Assembly (NCBI RefSeq): GCF_000981445.1
Contig: NC_027217.1
Coordinates: 744,001 to 808,000, forward strand
Reading direction: 5' to 3'
Length of the DNA stretch: 64,000 nucleotides
Source: Babesia bigemina
Taxonomy: Eukaryota
Below are positions 12,585 through 23,127 of the stretch, piece after piece. A program made the translations under genes and the position numbers. Every line of letters starts with the position of its first letter. Positions within the stretch are counted from its first letter, which is position 1. Below the pieces are notes generated by a model. That model was given only the letters and a program-made list of their open reading frames with translations, did no database searches and was not told the DNA's origin.

Positions 12585-14357
12585 TCACTTATGCACGTGC
12601 TCAGCCGCATGCTCGTGTGTGATGGCAAGCTCTCCCTTCATGTCCAGATCGGGGAATATCTCCTGCAACGGCCCCTTGTATGCGTCGGCGTCCATGTCGC
12701 TGCGGACGCGGCAGTGGCGCAGCCATGCGCGCAGGTAGTCCGCCGGCAGCAACGTGTTCTTCAAGTAGTCCGCGAAGTGCTCGGACCACTCGATTTCGCT
12801 CATCTGCCGCTTGTTTTCGGTCTGCTCCGCGACCAGCTCCTCGAGGGAGCCTCCTATTTTACTATGCAGCTGCTTGAGCGTCGCCTCTAGGTTCTCGTAG
12901 CAGCTGGCCTCGACGCGTTCGCAGTTGTCCTCCACTGCCTGCTCGATGCGGTCGACCTGTTGCAGCAGCGACTTCAGGTACTCCCGGCGCCGCGAGATTG
13001 CGTTGTTGGACTGCTGCTGCATCTCGTATATGGCGGCGTCGTAGGCGTTTGCGATGGGCACGAAGCGCGCCGAGTTTGCCTCGTTGGCCCCCTGGCCGTG
13101 GATGTGGCCCGAGGCGCAGTGCTGGCAGACCGGCAAGTGGCAGAAGGTGCAGTACATCGTGTATACCTTGGAGGGGTGGAGTCTGCAGCGGGCGGCGGGA
13201 CGCGGCATCTGCGCAAATCTGTTACCACTGGCGTCACTGCCGCACCTGGTTGAGGGGCACGCGGATGTGGCGTGATACCACCTTGTTTTGGGTGTGCAGC
13301 TTTTCGTCGCACTTCTTGCATATGCGCGCCGTGTCCGAAGGGCAGTATATCGTGGCCGCGTCGTTCTGGCAGCTGTCGCAGAGCGGCAGCGCGAACGTCT
13401 CGTCGGCAGCAGGGTCGAACTCGAACTGTATGAGGTACCGCGGGAGTATCTGCGAGGCGCCGTAGATGATGTACTCCCGGCGGAACGCAAACTGCGGGAG
13501 CACCCCCTCCGAGAAGAACTCCTCAGGCCGGTTGTCCGGCGCCGCCGCCGGCTCGCGCGGCTTCAACATCGCAGTAACGTCCAGAAAGCGCTCACGGCCG
13601 TGGTTCTCGAGGTAGATGCTGTCGTACTCCACTGGCATGGTGAGCCTAAGCCGCTGCGCCTCGACCTCGTCGGCTGCGGCGATGGCCTTGCCCAACGCTG
13701 CGAGGCGTCACGGTGGCGGCAACTGGCGAACGTACCGACGTCACAGACGAAGTACTCGTATACCTTCCTGTCGCCGTACATGATGTTGGTCGTGGTTGCG
13801 TTCTTAGGCGGCAGGATCTGCCCCTTGTCGTCGAGGGCGCCTGTAGAGCGTTAGTCGCATTCACTTTTACCCACCGCTTCTGGTATCCGACGTTGCGCCG
13901 TCCCGCAGCGTCGAACGCAGCAAGGGGAAGCTCGCGCAGCTGTATCACATTGCAGCCTTCCTCCCCGCAACTCACTGTATGTTGCCGATGCTGACCTTGA
14001 AGCCGTTGCTGCCGACCTCAAAGCCTCGCGTGCACACGTCCTGGGTCGAGTTATTGCGGTCCAGGCCGCCGGCGTCTATAAACGCCTCGACGATGGGAGT
14101 GGTCTGCGAGAGCATGTGCAGGGCCGCAGAAGCCGCGCAGGGAACCTCAAAATCACTCATTTCAACCGCAGACACTTGCAAGTGCGCTTCTAAATGCATC
14201 CACGTACCTGTACCCATCTGCTGAACACCGAAACAGCATCCGGTTTGGTGACGTTCCACGCCTGTAGCAGGGTCACCCTTGAGCTCCTGCAGCGCAGCTG
14301 CAGCGCGAACTCCAGCGCGTTCCACTCGTCGCTGTCGCGCACGACGGGGTTCTCCAT
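12585..14357 (-). CDS. Multi-exon B-box zinc-finger/coiled-coil protein with an N-terminal PARP/ART-like region
   Basis: B-box CDSCQNDAATIYCPSDTARICKKCDEKLH..HIRVPL, second B-box CRLH..YCTFCHLPVCQHC..HIH, then a helical coiled-coil region. Upstream REYIIYGASQILPRYLIQF. Probable start MENPVVRDSDEW at 14357; internal exon boundaries only partly resolved. Confidence 0.8.
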
Positions 14358-14655
14358 CGTTAGGAGTGCGATTGGTCGTGATGTGTGCTCTGGCTGCTCC
14401 AGCAGCGTCGGCTGCGTGCGGCGTTGCCATCACGCGCGCCGATGGCGGAGGACGGGCGCGTTACAGCCGGCAACACGCCTGACGCCACCGTCGAAATATA
14501 GACGTTAAATACAACGCGGCAATATCAAGCTGAAGGCGGCAAACACCGCTCTTGCACGCGCCGATGACTGCTGTGAATGGCGACTCCGCCGTCGCCCTGA
14601 TCCTACGCTCCTCGCCTTCTTGCTCTGCTAGCTGACGCCGCCGCTGCCTGCGTAG

Positions 14656-15483
14656 ATGACGCGACACAGCAAGCATAACACCGGCAACGCTGTCTTCACG
14701 TACCATGAGAGGAGGAAGGTCAAGGACTTCAACACGCTGCGTCAGCGCCTCGGCGCGGATTCCATGCGTAAATGCGAGCACTGCTGGCTCTGCCTGTCCA
14801 CGGCGGTGAAGCCTGTTTGCACGCCGGCGGGCTACGTGTTTTGCAAGGAGTGCATCCTAAAGTGTTGCGCGAAGCAGCTGGAGGACCACAAGCGCGAGGT
14901 CGAGGAGTGGAACGCGCAGCTGCTGTACGAGGAGGCTAAGAAGGCCGAGGAGTTCCACAGCACCCATGAGTCGCTGAAGCGGAAGCTGGTGGACACGAGC
15001 GTGTTCGGCGTGAGCACGGTAAAGTCCGCGAAACGCCAGGCGAGCGGCGCGCCGAACGAGCGCGAAAAGGCAACCACAGCGGCCGACAGTAACTTCTGGG
15101 TCGCCAACGCGACGCGCAAAGGCGATGCGGAGACGAAGGGTGAGCGCGGCGCCAGGATGCCCCCGAAGCCCAAGCCCGGTCTCAAGTGTCCCATCACAGG
15201 CAAGCCGCTGAAGATCAAGGACCTGGTGGAAATGCACCCCGACACTGAAGAGTCCGACGACCCCGCTTCTGGGGTCACCTGGGTGTGCTCAGTGTCGCAG
15301 CAACCGATATCGCACAACCCTGTCTTGCTGGACCGCAGAACCGGCAGGCTGGTCCTCCGCCGCTACTTGAAGCTGTCTAACGCCGAGGAAGACGGCCTGT
15401 TCATCGAGCTGATTCCCGGCGGAACTGGATTCGCCGCGCACAACGGCGTCATGGCACAGAAATACCGAGAGGCGTTGCTGTGA
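14656..15483 (+). CDS. NOSIP: Nitric oxide synthase-interacting protein homolog (RING/U-box-like)
   Basis: MTRHSKHNTGNAVFTYHER, RLGADS, CWLCL..PVCTPAGYVFCKECIL, CPITGKPLKIKDL and GGTGFAAH. Confidence 0.92.
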   Translation: MTRHSKHNTGNAVFTYHERRKVKDFNTLRQRLGADSMRKCEHCWLCLSTAVKPVCTPAGYVFCKECILKCCAKQLEDHKREVEEWNAQLLYEEAKKAEEFHSTHESLKRKLVDTSVFGVSTVKSAKRQASGAPNEREKATTAADSNFWVANATRKGDAETKGERGARMPPKPKPGLKCPITGKPLKIKDLVEMHPDTEESDDPASGVTWVCSVSQQPISHNPVLLDRRTGRLVLRRYLKLSNAEEDGLFIELIPGGTGFAAHNGVMAQKYREALL

Positions 15484-16758
15484 TCCCGGCCAACGCCGGC
15501 GCTGCGTCGGCACTCCGGGGCCAGACACTGCAGGCACCAATAACACTGGATGCGGCGCCAATAACACCTTAATATAGCTCAACACATCGCTATCACGCTG
15601 CTTCCGCCGATGACGGTGGGCACACGGGCTGCTACCGACGGTCGCGTACCCCGGCCATGTCGCATTCGTGATAAAACGCACGGAAGCCGTACGTACACCT
15701 CTGTAGCAACCTATGCACTCAATGGTCGCTCTGGTGTAACGTACGCTCGCGCGAAGCCAAGCCTTCGACTCATGGTGACGCCCAGCCGACACCGTCCCGG
15801 TCGGCTTGGCGGCGACGCACAGCCTTCGAGGCAGCCGATTCGCTGTTGCCCTACGGCATAATGTATTTAAAAAAGCGTAGTGTGCATCGGTTTTTCGGTT
15901 GGATGTGTCGCCTTAGAAGACAAGATTCTGACTGCTGTGCGTCCGGCACTGCAAGCGTCATCTTCCTATACACACCGCCCCCAGTTAAATGTAGCGGGTC
16001 GTGGCTTGAGTTGTAGCACACCGAGAATTATCTGCGCGGCGCTGTTTTTCACATTTGAGGTGCCCTGACTACTCCTCTCGGCCGGGAATTGCTCACAAGA
16101 GGATGGTCGTACGCGTAATGCTCCACTTGCAGCGGTCGTCTCGGTAGATCACTGGAGCATCGCGGCAGTCTCCTGCGCTATAGCTGTAATAATATCTGCT
16201 CTCTACGTTTTGGCTCAAACATACGTTTCGCATTGTTTGGACGTTCTCAGCAGTGTCTTCGGGATCGCCAGGGTTGGAATTTTGTGTCGCGCGTCGGCGG
16301 TTTTAATTGTCTAGATCGCCGCCTACCGTGTGTGTGATCCGCTGGGCTGCTATATGCGCGCTGTATTCGGGATTCTGGAGGTGTGTGCCGCTCCATTCCG
16401 CACATCGCTTATACGCTTAGTGATGGCGGAAAAATATACCGATTTGCGTCGATATTGGGCTTGAGTAAGCCGGTGTGCAGAGTATTCGTGGAGTCTAGAC
16501 AACCGTGCTTGCTGGTCAAGGTGAGGTCTTTACTGCAACGGCTATTGGTTTCACGTGGAGGGCGTAGTGGTTTGTTTTGACAGCCGTTTCCAGGGATAAT
16601 TCCATATCGATGAGCGTTGCGCATACGGCGCTGCGCTTCATGCCACAGACAGTAAGAAGGTGCGCCCTTTGCCCTTAAAGCACGATTTTGATTGATTTGT
16701 CGCAACGCGGGAGCCTACTGATCTCGTCGCTTGCACTCGGACTTCCTTTGTGGCCCAG

Positions 16759-18279
16759 ATGGACGACAATAAATTGCCCATGAAGTCCGGGTCTCCCGGC
16801 CAGGGTTTGATGCACGCCCCTGGTGCATTCGGCTTTGACGCCAACTACATTAAGCACATGCAGGGTCCCTCGGCGAGGCGGCCTCAGGATGTGAACGTGC
16901 AGATGCCCCGCTTTGCGCAGCAAGGGCAAGGCATGGTGAACAACGATGCTGGAGCTTTCGAGAGCCTAGCGTCACATCCAGGCCTCCGGGTCCAGCTCCC
17001 ATCGCACGATCAGCTGTCCCCGCCCGCGGCCGGCAAGTTCGAGGAGGGCAGGAACCCTCAGCTGATGTTGCCGGGCGACCACGACGGCGCCCCGATGGTT
17101 AAGCAGCAGATACGGTTCCCGCCGCAGGTGAATTTCAACAGCGCGTTTGCCCCCAACATGATGAACTACGGGGTGGTGGCAGTGTCGCCCATGATCAGGT
17201 TTCCCGCTGCCAAGCAGAGCATGGAGCACTTTTACCCACATATGGACGCCGAAGTCAAACAGATGGATCCTGCGCTCTCGTTGTCGCAGGTCACGAAGCA
17301 GCAGGTCCCCCCGCCACTGGTGAAGCCGCAGATGCCGCCGGCCAACGGCAACGTAGGCGCGCTGGACAAGTACCAGCAGCAGCTGAGCATTAAGGAGGAG
17401 CCCGTGCCCGCTGTGAGCTACCACGACTGCAACGGCGGCGTCGTGTACGACAAGGGGCCATTTTCGCAGGGGGGTCGGTGGCTGGTGTTCTGGGAGTGCC
17501 GCGGCCGCATGTGGAGGAGGTCCTTCCTAGTGAAAGTCTATGGCAAAGACGGCTCTAAGGAGCTCGCGGAGCAGTTCTGGGTCACTAAGATGCGGTCGAT
17601 GCAGCTGTACAAGGCCAACCAGCAAACCGCCCCGCCTGCCGAGGTGGACATGTGGACTGGAACGGGTCAGCGGCTGAACAAGCCAAAGAAGCGTGCCACG
17701 AGCACGCCCCCGCCCTCTGCAGACGCGGTGGCCGGCGTCGACAACGCAGCAGAGCAGCAGCTGCCTCAGGAAGACAACGAGGTGTTCTGGGATGCCGACA
17801 GCAACAGTTGGTGCTTCGAGTGCTTGGACACTGCGACCAACACCATCACCCTGAAGCGTCTGCCCGTCTCGGACTCCGCGCAGATGGAAGACGTGAAGAA
17901 GGAAGCCATCCAACAGCGAGTCGACCACTGGCGCGACGTGGTCAAGGCCTACACGGAGACCGAGTACTGCGGCCACAGCTACGAGAGGACGCGCACCTGC
18001 TGGAGAGTGTCGCACTGGGTGCCGTCCAAGGGGATCAACCGCAACCGCTACTTCAACATATCGAAATACGGGTACCTGGATGCCAAGGACAAGTCCCGGA
18101 TGTACCGTCTAATGGTGCACGACCTCGGTGGCGAGGAGCCGGAATCCTTCCCGTTCGACGCGGTGCCGCCTCCCGAGTTCTTCGAGGACCCGGTCACCAA
18201 GTTCTACCACCGCATACTGTACTCTATGCGCGGTAAGGACCGTGGGTGGACCGCAGATTCCAAACAGATGCCGCTTTAA
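16759..18279 (+). CDS. ApiAP2 transcription factor
   Basis: AP2-like GVVYDK..RWLVFW..RRSFLVKVYGKDGSKELAEQF and SYERTRTCWRVSHW..RYFNISKYGYLDAKDKSRMYR; Q/P/M-rich N-terminus. Confidence 0.85.
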   Translation: MDDNKLPMKSGSPGQGLMHAPGAFGFDANYIKHMQGPSARRPQDVNVQMPRFAQQGQGMVNNDAGAFESLASHPGLRVQLPSHDQLSPPAAGKFEEGRNPQLMLPGDHDGAPMVKQQIRFPPQVNFNSAFAPNMMNYGVVAVSPMIRFPAAKQSMEHFYPHMDAEVKQMDPALSLSQVTKQQVPPPLVKPQMPPANGNVGALDKYQQQLSIKEEPVPAVSYHDCNGGVVYDKGPFSQGGRWLVFWECRGRMWRRSFLVKVYGKDGSKELAEQFWVTKMRSMQLYKANQQTAPPAEVDMWTGTGQRLNKPKKRATSTPPPSADAVAGVDNAAEQQLPQEDNEVFWDADSNSWCFECLDTATNTITLKRLPVSDSAQMEDVKKEAIQQRVDHWRDVVKAYTETEYCGHSYERTRTCWRVSHWVPSKGINRNRYFNISKYGYLDAKDKSRMYRLMVHDLGGEEPESFPFDAVPPPEFFEDPVTKFYHRILYSMRGKDRGWTADSKQMPL

Positions 18280-18470
18280 GTGTATTTTAACTTTGGACAG
18301 CCAGCGCGACGTAGCGGTGCAATCGCCGATGCACTTGTATGCATCGCCATTTGCCATCGTCCGTACCGGCGTTTTGCCAGTAATAAAATGTAGTTCGCGG
18401 CGATAGGCCCTGCGAAGCATTGGTTTCACGTCTAACCGGTTACACATCGCCGCCGCAGCCTGGTCTCAGG

Positions 18471-19372
18471 ATGTCGAAGTTCGTGGAGTTTTTGGAGCCG
18501 GATGTCTCGTCGCCATCGGCGTACAACGTACGTTTTTTGCGTCTTGCGCACACATCTACGCAGTTCATCGGTGGTTACGACGATGGCGACTCCCCGCCAG
18601 TCGCCTCCAAGCTACACCGCCACTCCGTCCCGTCTGCCTACCACGATGCTGTCTCTACCCCTACCGGCAAGAAGAGATCCCAGTGCGTCAACCTGTACGA
18701 CCACTACCTGGAGAGGACACCGAATGAAATGAACTATCCACGCCTCCTGCAGACCTTTCCCCGATCACACAGGCAGGAGCACAAGCCCAACCCCCGGCCC
18801 CGTGACGTCTTCGAGAGGCTGACTGACCATCGGTTCTTCACTGGTATACACCGCGAGCGCTTCGATGAGAACGGCAACGGCCGTGGGCTCGCCGGCCGCG
18901 AGGACGTGTTCCTGTACGACGGCAACACGGAGTCGGCCTCCCGGGTGCATGAGGTGTACTCCACCGTCATGCGACCGCCGCACGAGCGCGTGCTACCTAG
19001 AGGAACCCTGGGCGTTCAGAAGTACGGTGTACAAATCGCCACGCCGAAGCTGATGTGGCTGTATCGCAACGGGGATAAGTTCCACGACGGCACCGCGTTC
19101 TACGTCCGTCCGTTCATCAAGAACATGGACGTGCTGCTCTTTAACATGGGGAAGGAGCTCACGCTGATTGCTGGGCCCATAAGGCGGCTGTACGACCAGA
19201 ATCTGCGGCAGGTGACGTCAGTGGATGAGATCGTCGACGGCGCCAAGTACCTCTGCACTTCAGGTAAGCTACCGAAAATTAGCATCAAGTGTGAACAGGC
19301 GAGCCGCCTGCACCCGCGCACAGGCTCAGAAAGTTCATGAGCGAATGGGTGGTGCAGCGTCTGGGTCATTGA
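18471..19372 (+). CDS. Apicortin (partial p25alpha + doublecortin domain); intron 19264-19298
   Basis: VFERLTDHRFFTGIHRERFDENGNGRGLAGRED (p25alpha) and MWLYRNGDKFHDG..GPIRRLYD..DGAKYLCTSGEPP (DCX). Confidence 0.92.
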
Positions 19373-19381
19373 AGTTCGCGC

Positions 19382-22025
19382 TTAATCTAGGACTTCCTCC
19401 TTCACTTCGATCACCTCCTCGTACACGTCCTCAGTAATGTCCCAGTGGGTCTCGTCGTAGAAACTGTCCCAACCTTGCTTGAACTCCAAGTAACGGTCCT
19501 AAATGAGTTGAAAAACACGTGTACATGACAAACCTGCTGAACCAGCCATTCCATGAGCTTCGCCGCCTGCTTGAGGAACGCGTCCTCGGCCACCTTGCGC
19601 TTGGCGAAGTACTGCTGCTCGTACTCCTCGCGCGCCTTCTCGTCCACCATGTCGTACTTGCGGCTGTACTCCTTGAGGTTCTTCTTGATCTTGTCGATTA
19701 CGCTGTTCTCCAACATGGGTGGCGGAGTCGGTCGGAAATCAAAGTGGTACAAGTTCTCCCGACGGGATACGTATAGCCGGCGTCCCTGGAAAGTCCAGAT
19801 GCAGAACCCTGCCTCGGCGCTGTACCTGAATGAGTCCATGCTGGGTCCAGCGCCGTGCGTCGGCAATGGCACCCTGACGGACGTTGCCACGTAGCGGCCG
19901 CACGGGCTCCACCTGACGTCGTTCATCATGAAATGCTCGTCCTTGTACAAAACCTCAACCTTGTCGTTATCGTTCAGTGTGCAGAAGAGGATGGTACCCT
20001 CTCCCGTCAGACAGGCAACAACGAAGTAGTTGCCGCTGGGCGACCATACGACACGGTTCATTTGGGATTGCAGCTCCAAGGTAGTCACGCACACGGTGTC
20101 CCTTGCGGTGCCCTCTTCAGAGACGCGATAGAACCTAATTGAGCTGTTGCCCATTTCTTCGTCCCTCACGACAAGAGCAAACCTCTTGCTGCCACCCTCC
20201 TCCCAGTAGAGATTCTTCACAGTCGCATCCTCGATTTTGATGGTGTCCACGGGCACATCGCGTTCCCGAAGACGGAATATCTCCAACTGGTTAAACTGCT
20301 TGCGGCCCTTCTTTCCCGTCTTTCGGCATATCGTGGTCCTCAGGCAGAAGCACTCCCCTCTGGGGTGCCAATGCATCACCGAAGAGCAGACGTTGTAGAC
20401 GTTCCTGGCACTCAGTTCACGGCGAGAGGGGATGTCAACCAGAAGTAGACGGGCTGTAAAAATGTTATTTACGGTGAGTGCACGCCATGCAACAGTATTA
20501 AGCACAAAAAAGCAAAAAGACACTCTGGCAATCGCGTTTGAATCACGAGGGTGTTGTGCGCAGTGTACTGTACGGATCATTGGCTGGTACCATCGTAACA
20601 ACCAACATTAAATACAGATTCTATGTCGCAGACAAGAATTGTAGGGCGCCATTGCAGCGCACTACACTCAACTGTCTGCCGTAGCGACAGCTGCACAACA
20701 CGAATACCACTACGCCGGCGAACACCTGAGACTTGGTGACAGTCACCAAGGCTCTCCGATGTGCCGACAAAAGCGGCGTAACGTGCCTCCGAGGCGACAC
20801 GTCATCACTGGACAGAGCATAACTACACAAGACACGCAAGGCACACAAGCCGCGTATACCAACCTGGTGTGTCGATGGTTCCCGGAATGATGATAGATAG
20901 AATATCATCCGTTGGTGACCAGTCGAATTTCTCAGCGGCGTACTTCAAGGGCGCAGGCTTTCCTTCCGCATCCGGGATAAGTGTCATCTCAGGCAGCTTG
21001 TAGACGTGGATCTCATTTCCTTCGGCGCTTTGGTGCAACTTTGCGATATACTTCCCGTCGTGATTCCATACGAAGTGTGGGAAGTCTTGGCCGTTGTACG
21101 ATAAGTCGGGCGTGGGGAATGAGCAAAGCTTTTCACCCGTTATGACGTGCCATATGCAGACGGAATTTTCGTGCTTGTCCTCGCCCTTGGTTCCATCCCA
21201 AGTCATCAGGTATTCTTCGTCGGGAGAGAAGGAGACATTCTGCACGTTCCGGTGTTCGAACCTGACCTTCAGCTCGAAACTCGGGCCTCCGTAGAGCGCG
21301 ATACCGGGGCGACGGTAGAATACCAAATACGACCCGTTGCGGCTCCACTCCACCTTTTGATCAGTCCAGACGCGTTTTCCCTGGGCTCTCTCCCTCTCGC
21401 CGTTGTATATCAGCACGGGCTCTCGCTCGAGAGGGTCGAACCAATGGATTTCTGTCTGGTCGGCGTAGCGGATTACCAGCTGGTCGAGCATGCGGTCGCT
21501 CTCGAACAGCCAGGAGCGCAGGTCCTCACGCGTGAATCCAAAAGTGTTCAAGGCGGGAGTGCAGCTGTTCTCGTCGCTTACGATGCGGTCGAAGTCGTCT
21601 ACCATCGCGGCCTTGAGGGTGTGCGATGCGTCGAACTTGGACATGTTCAGCTGCTGCAGCGCCTTTTGGGCCTCCATGCGGCTGGCGAAGGTGAAAAAGG
21701 CGACACCATACGTGTTTCCGGCTTCGTCCACGGGCATCTCAATCTTGAAATCCTTGTGGATCCTCAGCCCCTTCTTCTCGAAGTCCTTGGTCAGCTTTTT
21801 ACGTGTGATTTCGAGAAGGCGGTCGTACTTCTCCGATGAAACCAACGGCAGTCCAGCCACAATCAAGGTAGACACAAAGACGGTGCTCAGCGTTATGGGC
21901 GCCTCGTTGTCCGCCAAACGCTCCATCTCATCCGCATCCCTGCTCTCATCGTGGTCCGACAACCAGTCCATCAACCCGTTCTCTATATCCTCCTGTGTGA
22001 GGTCAGATTCTGTAATCACGACCAT
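19382..22025 (-). CDS. eIF3b: Eukaryotic translation initiation factor 3 subunit B; exons 22025-20864, 20453-19534, 19498-19382
   Basis: N-terminal RRM (LIVAGLPLV, GVAFFTF), beta-propeller motifs (WSRNGSYL, FSPDEEYL, WHPRGE, WSPSGNYF, IWTFQG) and KIKKNLKEYSRKY; in-frame GT-AG joins. Confidence 0.93.
20561..20680 (-). ncRNA. Intronic box H/ACA snoRNA candidate (snR36/SNORA36-like guide for 18S)
   Basis: Hairpin - H box (AUAGAA, 20624-20619) - hairpin - ACA+3 nt (ACA at 20566-20564). Pocket 1 (GUUGAGU / AAUU) is complementary to the conserved 18S sequence AAUU-UG-ACUCAAC. Confidence 0.75.
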
Positions 22026-23127
22026 TTTCGCATGATTTTTGCTGTAAAAGGCAGTAGCTATGCGAATCCACCAAGGCCACGCGAGCCTCCCTCAAACACT
22101 CGGCGTTACAGCGGTTGCGCGGCGACCGTCGTTACCCCTGGCACCAGTCAGTGAAATTACAAGGCGCCAAATAGTGGACGGAATATGGGACAGATTATAT
22201 GTGAGGCTCCGCAGTCCCTGTGCTGTAGGATTCCGCGCACGATGGGGAATGTTGGCACGGCATCACCCCGGAGGGGAATACCTGCCATTTGCTGTTTGTT
22301 ATCCCAATACTCCAATATGGGACTGCAAATTGAGCAATTCTTTGCATCTTATCGCATTTTTAGTTGCACTAGTACCCTGCATACGTGGCTGCCATAACGT
22401 TACACATCCACTGTGAAATGCCGCATCAACTAAGACACGAACAGTCAACCATTATATGCAATCTGGCAGTAAGCCTGTGTACAATGCATATATTTGTGAC
22501 CCGCAAGGATATCGCAGTGTAAGCTGTAGTTTGTTTTGCCTTGAAAAAGTGGCCATTTCATAGAAGGCATATGTCTCGACCACCCATTAGAGGCTATACA
22601 TGTTACAAAACCTGCCTAAATGGTATTAACAGTTTGCGTTACCTAAAAGACGACTGACGCGTTTTTTTCGTAATCAACTGTATCATCATACAGCTTAAAG
22701 TGGTAGCCGATGTATGAATCCACGTACCATATACAATACGTTAAGTGAGGAATAAGACCTTTATTTCCTTTGGTTATTAGTATTTGACGAGGGAATCTCT
22801 GTGTTTCTCGTTTTTTGGCCCGATGTGTACGTCGTTGCTGCACATCTCCTGCCGTAAAAAAGTTGTGATCACACATCGGATGCTACTACAGACCCGGGAA
22901 TGTTTAATGATTGAGTACATAACGATTATTTATTTTCAACTCTGCGTACGATAGATGGCAGAATTTTAACGAAGTAAGCTGGGCCGCTGTCGTTGTGCGT
23001 TGCCTAGCGAACGGGTAACGTTCGGTTCATCGCAAAAATAAATGCACGTATCTGCGCATGTGCGTACTTGATGCTGGCGGCTCATGTCTAATATGTTTTG
23101 CACTGGACCCGAGATTCAGTGGATGTG

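Noticed and set aside
22440..22920. Possible small minus-strand gene between eIF3b and COX10
   Set aside because: Only short frames with no motif or coherent splice model.
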